A stretch of DNA of 64,000 nt from a virus, in IMG/VR virus record IMGVR_UViG_3300036715_000213, positions 1-64,000 of that record. One strand, written 5' to 3'. The notes beneath the pieces are model-generated. The model was not told the origin of the DNA. It did not search any database and saw only the letters and a program-made list of their open reading frames with translations. Of this stretch, positions 25,474 to 35,800 are shown in pieces. Positions within the stretch are counted from its first letter, which is position 1. Each line of letters begins with the position of its first letter. The position numbers and the translations under genes were made by a program.

Positions 25474-27084
25474 TTAGAAGTTTAGTAGTTCATCCGCTTC
25501 ACGCTCTGTTCCATCCGAGAACCATCCAGTTGGGAGTTGTTCTAATTCAATAGATTCCATGCGACTCGCATATATTTCCTTACGCAAGTCAATGTCAATC
25601 AAGTCCTTAAAGTAAGCCTGAGTAGTTAACCATCCAAACAATACAAGGGTCATAGCTAAATCGTCGTGATATCCTTCGTCAGCAGCATAGCTGTCTTTTA
25701 CTTGGATAAACGTTGAAAGCTCGGAAATCATGTCGTTATCATGAATTTCCAGTTTGTTTTCTTCAATAATCGCTTTAATATTGGAGCATCCAATACGTTT
25801 TGTACGTTTATCCGTATTTACGCCTAATTGTAACGATTGTTGACTAAAGCCAGCAGTAATAGCCTGACCCTTGCTTCCGCGAGTAACAAAGAGGATGTTT
25901 TCGTATTCAAGTTCGTGATACATGATATGCGGGACTTGCTCAGTCGCATTAATTTCAAACAACAGATACGCATTGTTGTAATCGCGGGCGACCTTGTGAA
26001 TGATATTTGGGAATAGCATTGGGGAAACTTTATTGTTTCGATACTTACCAACTAAGCGATATGGTATCACGGATGCGTCAATAATTGAGAACGTCGAGTA
26101 GTCTCCTCCCACACCCTTTGCTGTATCAATGGTCATAACATAAGAATGGTCCTTTGTCCCTAGTTCCTTGTTACCCTTAATTGGCTTTTCGTAAATGTCC
26201 AATCCATCCTTGCTGAAGATAATCGGCTTTCCAAACATCTTCGCGATTGTGTCCGCAGCGATAAGAGTTGCGCTTGAACCCAAGAATGAGCACAAAACCT
26301 CTTGGTTAAACTTGAGTTCACCCAATAATGACTTCTGTTTGTTTGCCCATACGTCATCGCGATCAGGGTGTTCGCTGTAATGTACATCAACTGGCTTGAA
26401 TTCGTTTACGCCAGTAAGAGCTTCATTCCAGAACTTCCAGAAGTGATTGTAACCCAAAGGAGTCGATGTGAGTACAATCTTAGTTGTCTTACCTGCAGAA
26501 ATTGTTGGATATGTGGAAGTAAAGAACTCTTCTGCTACGTTGTTTGGGATAATCGCTGCTTCGTCAACGTACAAGAAGTTAACCGATTTACCACGAATAC
26601 CGCTAGAGCTAGTTGCACCAGTGAAAACTTTGGAACCGTTCTCCAGTTTAATGTCACCCTTGTTCCATGTCTTTACACCTTGTTGCAAAAAGAATGGAAC
26701 GTACTCGTACATCAATTGGAAACGACTCATAATTTCACGAGCTGCTGCTCCCTTGTTAGCTAGAATAGCAACAGTCTTGGATGCATTAAACAAACAATAC
26801 CAAAGGATGTAAGCCGCTACTGTCTGGGTCTTTCCCATCTGACGCGGCATCTTCGCGATAACACGACGCTCATCTTCCAGCGAACGGATAAAGCGAACTT
26901 GATATCCGTACAGTTCAAATGGAACTAAACCATGATCTAGAGAAACAATCTTACAATGCTTTGTGATAAAGTAGACAGGATCTTGTTTACACTTGACGTA
27001 TTCGTTCAGCTCTTCCTCAGTGTATCCAATTGGATTACCGACACCTTTTAACTGGGGATTCCCTAGGTAATAAACATGAGACAT
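25474..27084 (-). CDS. gp17: terminase large subunit
   Basis: YLGNP.LK, PRQMGKT, LYVDEAA, STPLGYNHF, D.AKGVGGDYS, HDDLAM.LV.F.W. Confidence 0.98.
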   Translation of the reverse strand: MSHVYYLGNPQLKGVGNPIGYTEEELNEYVKCKQDPVYFITKHCKIVSLDHGLVPFELYGYQVRFIRSLEDERRVIAKMPRQMGKTQTVAAYILWYCLFNASKTVAILANKGAAAREIMSRFQLMYEYVPFFLQQGVKTWNKGDIKLENGSKVFTGATSSSGIRGKSVNFLYVDEAAIIPNNVAEEFFTSTYPTISAGKTTKIVLTSTPLGYNHFWKFWNEALTGVNEFKPVDVHYSEHPDRDDVWANKQKSLLGELKFNQEVLCSFLGSSATLIAADTIAKMFGKPIIFSKDGLDIYEKPIKGNKELGTKDHSYVMTIDTAKGVGGDYSTFSIIDASVIPYRLVGKYRNNKVSPMLFPNIIHKVARDYNNAYLLFEINATEQVPHIMYHELEYENILFVTRGSKGQAITAGFSQQSLQLGVNTDKRTKRIGCSNIKAIIEENKLEIHDNDMISELSTFIQVKDSYAADEGYHDDLAMTLVLFGWLTTQAYFKDLIDIDLRKEIYASRMESIELEQLPTGWFSDGTEREADELLNF

Positions 27085-27108
27085 TAAACATAATCCTTGT
27101 TAGTAAAT

Positions 27109-27834
27109 TCATGGAGTCCAGGTGTCAATTGTGATATTGCCAGTAGTTTGATTACCAACAGCGTGATATTTCAGTTCGCCTTGCCCCAGAGTCTTAGTAT
27201 CAACATCAGCCTGCACATCAGTAATTATCTTACCAGTTTTGACTGGTCCGTATAGATTAATCTTAGCAGTGAAGTTGTAGGTATGTGTTACAAAACGACG
27301 TGTCTGGAAGTCACCTTCGTAGTCATCTTGTACAGTAACACCGTTCAGGATGATTGGGACGTCCTGTTTGATGTTCATTTCCGGAATCGCATTGAGATTC
27401 AGATTGTACTCGGGAGCAAACAGTGGAAGGATCTGTTCCAGAATAGCTAGTCCATCTTCAGTACCCTTTGTCTGGGTATAGAGTTGAATGTCCAAATTGT
27501 AAGGAACTGGTGCGTATGTTGACGTTAGAGTTCCGTCATTGGCAAAGCACTTGATAATGTTGTTACGGTTTACCATGCGTTGCGGATCATAGTTGTATCC
27601 AGTAATCTCAAATCCCATGCGTGGGAGTGTAGTGTAGACTTCGTTAGTCAGCTCCGGATCTTGATCAACACGGACATGCCATTTTTCTTTAGGTGCGTAA
27701 GCTAAAGGTACTTTTACTAGCTGCGCAGTCGCTCCAGTAGAGTCAGCACGAATAATTTGAATGTTACTGAATAGTGTTCCAAAGCCGATGATCGTCTTTT
27801 TAATCAACCCATTATAAAATGGTACCTCAAACAT
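27109..27834 (-). CDS. gp15: tail sheath stabilizer / completion protein
   Basis: FGTLF.NI, KVPLAYAPKEK, LPRM.FE, PVPYN, EQILP.F.P, DDYEGDF..RR. Confidence 0.96.
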   Translation of the reverse strand: MFEVPFYNGLIKKTIIGFGTLFSNIQIIRADSTGATAQLVKVPLAYAPKEKWHVRVDQDPELTNEVYTTLPRMGFEITGYNYDPQRMVNRNNIIKCFANDGTLTSTYAPVPYNLDIQLYTQTKGTEDGLAILEQILPLFAPEYNLNLNAIPEMNIKQDVPIILNGVTVQDDYEGDFQTRRFVTHTYNFTAKINLYGPVKTGKIITDVQADVDTKTLGQGELKYHAVGNQTTGNITIDTWTP

Positions 27835-27898
27835 ATTTCGTACCTACTTTTTTACAATTATCAAAATGAAACCTTTTCATATTACCGCCTTTCCTTTT
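27827..27898 (-). pseudogene. C-terminal remnant of a homing endonuclease (KGGNMKRFHFDNCK)
   Basis: Matches the second half of the CPHC...MKR(W/Y)HFDNCK module at the end of phage HNH/GIY-YIG endonucleases. Confidence 0.55.
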
Positions 27899-27905
27899 TA
27901 AGAGT

Positions 27906-28559
27906 TCAGAGATTACCAAAAGGATTACCCGGGTTGAAGAAGTGATCAGATTTCTTAGCTTTAAACTTCTCATTATCGCCAAAACTGTTTGCAGTATCGG
28001 CACTTGGGTTAATAACTGGATCGTGGCTCTTTAGTGATTCAAACACGTCAATATCCGATACGCCAGTATTAATCATTTCTGACGAGTAGCGGAATGTTTC
28101 TACGTTCAATTGATACACGTATAGTTGACCTGCTTGATAGAATGGAGTTTGATGCTGTACAAAAGTAACCTCAAACAATCCACCAGTCATTGGAAAGTAA
28201 ATCAAGTCACCCTCAGATGGACGATTTGGTAGCTGCCCGTCATTGTATTGTCCACATAGTTTTGACCATTCGCGACGGGCGACTGTTAGGGTTGCTGACT
28301 GTTCCATCTGCAGACCGAATTTGGATGCGAACGCTTGCTGTCCTTCAAATCCACCATCACTATTTTCCATATACATTGGAATTGGATAAGCACTCTTGAA
28401 TTGGCTTAGGCGATCTTCACCAAGTAATTTATCTAGAGCAACTAGCTTTCGCGGCATGTAGAAGAAGTCACATGCGTACATGCGGATCGCTTCAGTAATG
28501 AGCGATTCAATAACCAGATTTTGATTATTTGATACTGATGGGTGAAGTCTTAATGTCAT
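27906..28559 (-). CDS. gp14: neck protein
   Basis: YMPR......LLGED..S.F..AY.I.MY, SKFG, RP.EGDLIYFP, FYQ.G..Y.Y.L..E.F.YS.E, NPFG. Confidence 0.95.
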   Translation of the reverse strand: MTLRLHPSVSNNQNLVIESLITEAIRMYACDFFYMPRKLVALDKLLGEDRLSQFKSAYPIPMYMENSDGGFEGQQAFASKFGLQMEQSATLTVARREWSKLCGQYNDGQLPNRPSEGDLIYFPMTGGLFEVTFVQHQTPFYQAGQLYVYQLNVETFRYSSEMINTGVSDIDVFESLKSHDPVINPSADTANSFGDNEKFKAKKSDHFFNPGNPFGNL

Positions 28560-31500
28560 GTAATAGTTCCAGAACCAACAAGATCACGGTCAAAGCTGTG
28601 ATCTACTACGATATTTATAAGGTAAGTACGAGTGATTGGAATGAGAGGACCACCATCGTCGTAGATGCCTTTCATCTCAAATTCGAGACGTAAAACTTTG
28701 TTCGCCTCAATTTTGTAGATGTCGTTATCTGCTGGCACATCCTTATAGAACAATGCCTCACCGTAATTACCCTTTTGGTCCACATAGTAGAGTTTCGAGT
28801 CCTCAAAGCTACCCGGAGTGTTTAGACGGATCCAAGCACGATTGTCGCGGTGGTAAACTTCAATTACTGGGCTAGAGCAGTTAATACACTCAAAGCTCTG
28901 TATGAAGGAGAACTCACCTTCAAGCGTCAATGAGTATCCACGTGGAATTTCCACTTCGTGATGTTCGCCTAACTCAATGACATCCGGTTCAAGTGCTTTG
29001 TATAGTTTACCAGTTGAACTATTACCAACCAAGGTACGCATATAGTCTTGACGAAATCCAACATTACCAACAGAAGTATTACGTTCATTTCCAATGAGAC
29101 TAAACGAGCGCACAAATTTAACGCTACCAACACTAGAAATACTCTGCACACCTAAACTGTGTTGGACGTCTGCATAATTGTTGATTAGACCGTTGAATGT
29201 AGTTCCAACCAGCGCAACTGTTTGTGTAGCGAATACAACCCCAGTTTGTCCAGTAGAGTGGTTACCGCTTGGGTACTCTGACTTGAGTACAAAGAAGTCC
29301 ATAGCGTTAATTTGACATACAGCACGCACACCATATGAGTGTGTATCAACTAATGAGTTGCTGCTTAACGTAGACTCTATACCAGTCAGCGGGCTATATT
29401 TGTAATTGCGTACTGAGCCGATTCCAGTATTTGATTGGCTACTGTTCAATAAGGTAACACAATCTTGTGATGTAACAACACTACCAACACGACAATCAGC
29501 CTTGACACCAATTGATTGTCGTGTGTTGATGAATCCAGGAACTATTGAGCTTTGGTTACCAGTTAGGTTGGCAAACTTCGTGCTGATCAAAATACCAGTG
29601 TAGCCCAACATTGACGAGCCAAACAATGCTAGTAGACCGTCATTTTGCAATCTAATCGTACCAACTGCTAATGTAGATGATATACCTGCGGCAAAGTTCT
29701 CAGTTACTGACGTCGTAAAAGACCCAACGTCATTTGTGTTGGATACACCAGTTAACAATGTTGTATTAGTTGGGCTAATTGTACCTGCATATAACGTAGT
29801 CAGACTACGGTAACTCTGACTATTCAACGCCTTAACTTGAGTATTAGTTGACACTAAAGATCCAATACCCGTTACTGATACATTAGCAGTCGCATAGTTT
29901 TGGGTCAATGATGTTGTAATGTTTCCAACATTTCTAGTTAATTCAACCCCAGTTAACGGTGTTAGGAACAATTGATAAAAACCGCCGGGTAAACCAACAC
30001 CCAGCACTGATGTAATTGCTCTTGTGTAATTAGAAGTGACAGTGATGTTACCAACTGTACCAACGGCTGCATTGCTAATATTAGCTTGCAATTGCATACT
30101 GTTGATTGCAAAGAATGAACCATTACCAGTCAAGTTAACTTGCAAGCTACCAATAACATATCCAGTCGCACCGTTAAACTGATTGCCAGTAAGAGCACGA
30201 GTTAGATCGCTTTTAGCCAATATCGTGCCACGTTGCCCAGCACTGGATACTCCAGTAACAAAATAAGAATTAGCACCGACTGTAACCGTACCAACTTGAC
30301 CTGTAGAAAATACGCCAGCTGGGAATATCTCAGTACCAATATTATATGTACCTAGGTTAACTACAGTCTGAACGCCGTTTAAAGCACGATTTAATGCTTG
30401 TTGTGCTGTTAGAAAACCTGTTTGTCCGATAATTGCGCTGGGAGTCTGTTGCGTCGTAATTATACCAATCGCAGTATTCAAACTCATATTAGATAGTTGA
30501 GTTTGGTTTCCAAGAAACACACTATTAATAGATGTCTTGATATCTAAGTCAAGGTACCGTGAAACTCCGGTTGTTAGACGGAAGTCATCAATGTACATAT
30601 TAGATGACAAACTATATGTCGGATTTCCACCAACATTTATTGCGCTTCCAGATGGTTGGAACGTTGTTGGTGCAGTAGTACCGTTAAGTACACCGTCAAC
30701 ATATAGACGAATGCTTTCATTATCTTGAGCTACCGCAATGTGATACCATTGATTAGTATTAATTGTAGTGGTTCCAGTAATAACGGTGGCGATTAGCGGT
30801 TTCGATATTTGAATCTTACCGCTCGCGATACCCATAGTGAATGTACCATAACCGGATCCAATCCACTGAGTATCAGTAGATGCATCAAGCAAGTAAATCC
30901 AATAGTCAAGTGTATAGACTGATGCACTTGTAAAATCCCATGCGTTATCCGCATTTGGAATAGAAATATACGAGTAATTGGTGTTGAGCGATGTTCCACC
31001 GAACTTACTTTGTGTGGCGGAAATGATAGTGCTGTTTGGCGTTATGGTTTTGGCACTCAAACTATCATCAGTATAGTTACTATCAAAACTCAGCTGAGTG
31101 TTAACGTTTAGCCAGTATGGATCACTACCAGTACCGGAAAATAATTGTGGTTCAGTTCCGGGAACTGAAAAATCACCGCCCGTATAACGACTTACACCAA
31201 TAGTGATACGAACATCATCCATGTAGCACAACGATTGCTGGTATTGAATCAGTCCACCGAAGCTAGTGTAATATGGTTGAAGTGTAAAATCGCATGTTAC
31301 TGGATTACCACTTAGTCGTAGAGTATCGGCAACAAGCTGAACACCGTTGACAAACATTCGGAATATGCCCGATGTTCTTGTTACTGCTAAGTGGTACCAA
31401 GTGTTAGTGCTAAATGTAAACGTACATGCAACGTTTTTATCCGGTGATCGTGTAAGCTCATGGAATGACATTCCGCTACCAGTGTCAAAGTACCAAGCAA

Positions 31501-32887
31501 AACAACCAGTAGCACCGTCTTGTTCATAACGGTTTGTGATGATTGGATTGTAGCTATTGTCAGCCGTATAATACCATGTTTCCATAGTAAAATCACCAAG
31601 ACCGAGAACAGGTCCTTGACTTGGCGGTATAACGAAACACGACCCAGTAGAGCCGTTCGACTTTAATGAAGAACCACCGAACTTAGATTGGTTAGTCGAT
31701 ATCGATGCACCGCTTGTATAACGACTAATTTTCTTATTGCCGTAGTTCTTGATTATGGTGCTGTTATTAGCACCGTCGCCATGCAACATCAAAACAACAT
31801 CACTTAGGTATGGATCGTTATTTGAATAAGGTACTGTTGGTAGTGTGAAATTGGCACTATAACGAGCAGTACCAAGTGTTAGGCGGTACTCATCAAGTCC
31901 ACCAGACCCCATACTGCTTGAATCTGGATCACCATTAATCCATGTATTACTTGGAATTCCTGGATATCCTGTTGCAGTATTGAAACCATATGGTCCAGAC
32001 ACGTTCGATTTTAAAATTCCATCAATGAAGAACTTAATTGTATTTCCGGCGCGCACAATAGCATAATGGACCCAATTTGTGCTGGACACAGTAGTTACGA
32101 CACAAGAAAACTCTTGAAATGCGTAACCGTTAGCTGGTCCCCATTGTTGATAAATTAGACGTGCAGTTGTTGTTGATTGGCGATCGAGCGATGCTAAGTA
32201 GCCGCTCGATCCAGTGTGACGCCCTAAAAGTGTTCCATTGTATGCTGGAGATGCCCACCCCTCAAGGGTGAAGTCAGTGTTGAGGTCAATTAGTCCCGGC
32301 TCAATTCGTGATGAAGTATCGAACAGAATCGACGACCCGCCAAACTTTGAGTCAGCGGTTGTGATTTTTGTGTTACCAACAACCGTTAGATTTGTGGATG
32401 TATCAGCTTCGTTTACAGCGTATGCAGTTCCATCAGCAGCATTCCCGCGCATTAGCAACCAAACGTTATTCCAATAAGCATCACCGCTAATAATGTTAGC
32501 ACCTGGAGGGGTAAATCCAATGCTTGATATTGACCGGAAAAACGATTGCGCCCCGGATGTTGAACCAACTGACGTGGTTAATCCATTACCAGTAATAGCA
32601 AAGGTAGATGTACTGCTAGTTGCAATCGTTCCAACAGCAGTTGTAGATACGCTGCCGGTTAACGCATTCACATATCCAACTAATGGGAAACTAACAAGTT
32701 GTCCGGTAGCAGTATTTCCGGTAATCGGGAACGAGCTAGTTGTAATCGTTGGCGTTATAACACCGGTTTGTCCAAGAATAATAACCGATGAAAAAATTGG
32801 GGTGGACGGATCATTACCACCGAAGAATAGCGGCGTTGGTGTACCCGCTATTGGGGTACTATTGAAAAATAGATTTGTATCAGCCAT
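28556..32887 (-). CDS. large virion protein with 3 LamG/ConA-like domains and many Gly/Thr beta repeats
   Basis: Three repeats of SKFGG.S..DFT.E.W..W.H.A..R....F.DG...DD.R.T.G.RY, plus many (L/I)TG(V/N)..TG.VG repeats. Confidence 0.8.
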   Translation of the reverse strand: MADTNLFFNSTPIAGTPTPLFFGGNDPSTPIFSSVIILGQTGVITPTITTSSFPITGNTATGQLVSFPLVGYVNALTGSVSTTAVGTIATSSTSTFAITGNGLTTSVGSTSGAQSFFRSISSIGFTPPGANIISGDAYWNNVWLLMRGNAADGTAYAVNEADTSTNLTVVGNTKITTADSKFGGSSILFDTSSRIEPGLIDLNTDFTLEGWASPAYNGTLLGRHTGSSGYLASLDRQSTTTARLIYQQWGPANGYAFQEFSCVVTTVSSTNWVHYAIVRAGNTIKFFIDGILKSNVSGPYGFNTATGYPGIPSNTWINGDPDSSSMGSGGLDEYRLTLGTARYSANFTLPTVPYSNNDPYLSDVVLMLHGDGANNSTIIKNYGNKKISRYTSGASISTNQSKFGGSSLKSNGSTGSCFVIPPSQGPVLGLGDFTMETWYYTADNSYNPIITNRYEQDGATGCFAWYFDTGSGMSFHELTRSPDKNVACTFTFSTNTWYHLAVTRTSGIFRMFVNGVQLVADTLRLSGNPVTCDFTLQPYYTSFGGLIQYQQSLCYMDDVRITIGVSRYTGGDFSVPGTEPQLFSGTGSDPYWLNVNTQLSFDSNYTDDSLSAKTITPNSTIISATQSKFGGTSLNTNYSYISIPNADNAWDFTSASVYTLDYWIYLLDASTDTQWIGSGYGTFTMGIASGKIQISKPLIATVITGTTTINTNQWYHIAVAQDNESIRLYVDGVLNGTTAPTTFQPSGSAINVGGNPTYSLSSNMYIDDFRLTTGVSRYLDLDIKTSINSVFLGNQTQLSNMSLNTAIGIITTQQTPSAIIGQTGFLTAQQALNRALNGVQTVVNLGTYNIGTEIFPAGVFSTGQVGTVTVGANSYFVTGVSSAGQRGTILAKSDLTRALTGNQFNGATGYVIGSLQVNLTGNGSFFAINSMQLQANISNAAVGTVGNITVTSNYTRAITSVLGVGLPGGFYQLFLTPLTGVELTRNVGNITTSLTQNYATANVSVTGIGSLVSTNTQVKALNSQSYRSLTTLYAGTISPTNTTLLTGVSNTNDVGSFTTSVTENFAAGISSTLAVGTIRLQNDGLLALFGSSMLGYTGILISTKFANLTGNQSSIVPGFINTRQSIGVKADCRVGSVVTSQDCVTLLNSSQSNTGIGSVRNYKYSPLTGIESTLSSNSLVDTHSYGVRAVCQINAMDFFVLKSEYPSGNHSTGQTGVVFATQTVALVGTTFNGLINNYADVQHSLGVQSISSVGSVKFVRSFSLIGNERNTSVGNVGFRQDYMRTLVGNSSTGKLYKALEPDVIELGEHHEVEIPRGYSLTLEGEFSFIQSFECINCSSPVIEVYHRDNRAWIRLNTPGSFEDSKLYYVDQKGNYGEALFYKDVPADNDIYKIEANKVLRLEFEMKGIYDDGGPLIPITRTYLINIVVDHSFDRDLVGSGTIT

Positions 32888-32894
32888 CTACTAT

Positions 32895-35800
32895 TTAAGT
32901 AGATGTTGGGAACGGTGTGATTAGCGGTTTAAATGCAGCCGTGTAACGAGCAGTCTTGCTAATGCGAACTTCGTCAATATAACCATTCCAGTTATTGCTG
33001 TTTGGTTGCCCAGATTCGTAACCAACTAGTAAAGGACGACCATTATCTACTATAGTTGGTTTAGCAGCACTGGTTGTCAAAGCGCCATTAACATATAGTG
33101 AGACTGTTCCGCCGCTATTGACTACAGCAATATGATACCAACGTTTTGGGACCATAGTAACACCAGATGCGTATGTTGTTCCTGTTGCTGATAGATTATT
33201 ACCACCAACAGTAGCTTGAATCAATCCAGCTGGCGTGATATAGATTGTATATTGTGGGTATGCAGTACCTGATGCACCATCTTTATTAATGATGTACATG
33301 TTAGTAGCTGACTGAGTATCTAACCATGTCCACAATTCAATAGTAAAATCACCAGTAGTCAGACTCAATAATGAATTATGTGGAATACTTAAATAACTCC
33401 CAATACCGTCACAGTATAATGATGAACGATCAAAACGTGCTTGTAAGTTTGTTGTCTTTGCGTTGCCAATAGCAGTCACAGTATTAATAGCAGTAGCATC
33501 ACTAAATGTTGTCCCATTTACTGTACCATTCATCTTCAGTAGCAAGCTATTAGTTCCAAATTGTATATCGTTGTAGCTTGGGATAATTGGCGATAGCTTA
33601 TCAATTAGAGTAAATCCAGTGGTATAGCGACCAATACCCTTAGTGATACGAATGTCATCCATATATCCACCAAAGAAATTACCCGAACCGTCATCATCTC
33701 TTCCGATTGATAGTTGATATGTACTTGTTAGATTATACGACGAAGTAGTTGTAGCAACTTGTATTCCATCAATAAATGCGTACATTGTTCCGGAGGTACG
33801 TGAAATGGCTAAGTGGTGCCACACGTCATTAGTTGGTGTAGTCCAAGTCATTAGAGTATTTGGACCTTGCAATTCTTGGAAATTGCTGTAGTTTAATCGG
33901 AACGAACCTGCACCAGCACCGCCAGCGCGCTTACACATGTAGGTACCGTTACCAAGTCCGGTAACACGATAGAACCAAAACTCAATAGTAAAATCGCCAG
34001 TACCAAAGTCAAAATCGGTATTTGAGGGAACAGTCAAGCCTGAATCGTTTGACAATGATGCTAACGAAGTTGTCCCAAACTTTGTAATGGTAGTTGATGT
34101 TGTTGGGCTACCAACTGTTCCGATTGTCTTAGTATAACGGCTTGCATCTTTAAATGATGTACCAGAATTAACACCCTCACAATCTAGCAATAATGATACA
34201 TTCTCAAAGTATGTATCGGATGGGACTGCTTGATGAAAATCACTTGGTGCTTGATATGAAGTAAAATTAGCAGTATAACGAGCAATACCTTTAGTGATGC
34301 GGAAATCACTCATATAACCGTTATAACAAAATCCAGTGCTATAGTAAGCACCGATAGTCAAGTAAGTGTTTGCTCCAGATAGTGTTCCAGTAAATGTGGA
34401 ATCAGTTCCAATCGATACACCATTCTTATAGAATGTGAATGTGTCACCAACTCGTATTAGTGCATAATGAGCCCAGACATTTGCTGTTGGGACATTAGAT
34501 GATATTAATACGTTGGTTGTATTGTGGTAAATCAGCCAACCTGTTGTTCCATCATTACCGATAGCTACACCGTCAACAAATGGGCTACCAGCAGTAAACA
34601 CGGTATTTGATATATGGAAACGACCGCGGTTAGCTGCGTCGGATGGGCGCTCCCACCACTCAATAGTAAATGCGTCAGATCCCAGATTAAAGTCTTGGTG
34701 GCTTGCGTATTGTACATAGCACCCTGCTCCACTAAAATAGTTTGCATTACCAAACTTCCCGTCTAGTGAATTAAGAACTGTTCCAAATATCGTTGGAGTC
34801 TTTGTAACTGGACTAATATCATTAGCTGTCCCATTGTCTTGCAGATAACTAACATTGTCTTTAAAATATGGGTCAGCAATAACACGCATATTGTTGGCGT
34901 ATTCTATTGGTGGTGTAAATGTGGTAGTATAACGAGCAACACCTTTAGTGAATCTAAAATCGTCTATGTATCCAAGGAATGGTAATTCACCAGCGGATGC
35001 TAAAGCACCAACCGCAAATGGTTGTGCTGACTGATAATCAAGTCCCGCACTAAACGATATTGACATATCTGAAACACCATTGATATAAGCTGTATATGTG
35101 CTAGCAGTTTTTACAAATGCAACATGAACCCATGTATTTGTTGGGATAGTAGCTATTGATAATTGACGGTCAACGTAACTTTGACCGATGATTACCCCAC
35201 CGGTATATAATTGACCTGTATTTCGTATGTAAAAACACCAACCCGAGCCCGAACTATTAGCTCGTGCACCACAAATACCATAATGGTTTGACGCATTAGG
35301 TACATTAATCCATGCTTCAACAGTAAAATTGCCACCAGCAGATAAATCAAATGCACTTACATTTGGTGTTGTTATATAACTTGAGCCATCAAATGTTAAA
35401 GAACTGCCACCAAATTTACTCTGTGTTGTGCTGATTTTTGCATTACTAACAGTTGTAAATGTTTTAGAAACAGGAGACTTGTCAAATATCGTTGTTTGAT
35501 TGTTAGCACCATTAGCATTAACTGCTAATGATACGCTTGTAAAATATGTATCATATGAATATTCGTCTAGTGTCGCAGTAACACCGCTGATACCAATAGT
35601 CGTAAAATTACCAGTCACGCTTGCATACAGATATAGGATATCAGGAATATATGGAAGTTGATTCGATGCGATAACAGAATTGTATTGTCCAGTGTAATCA
35701 TAACCTAGCACAGTATAACGGTGGTACGGGTTCAAATTACTGAATTCGTAATAACCAGTTACTGGGGCAGATATAGCAGATGCAACAATTGTATTAGTCG

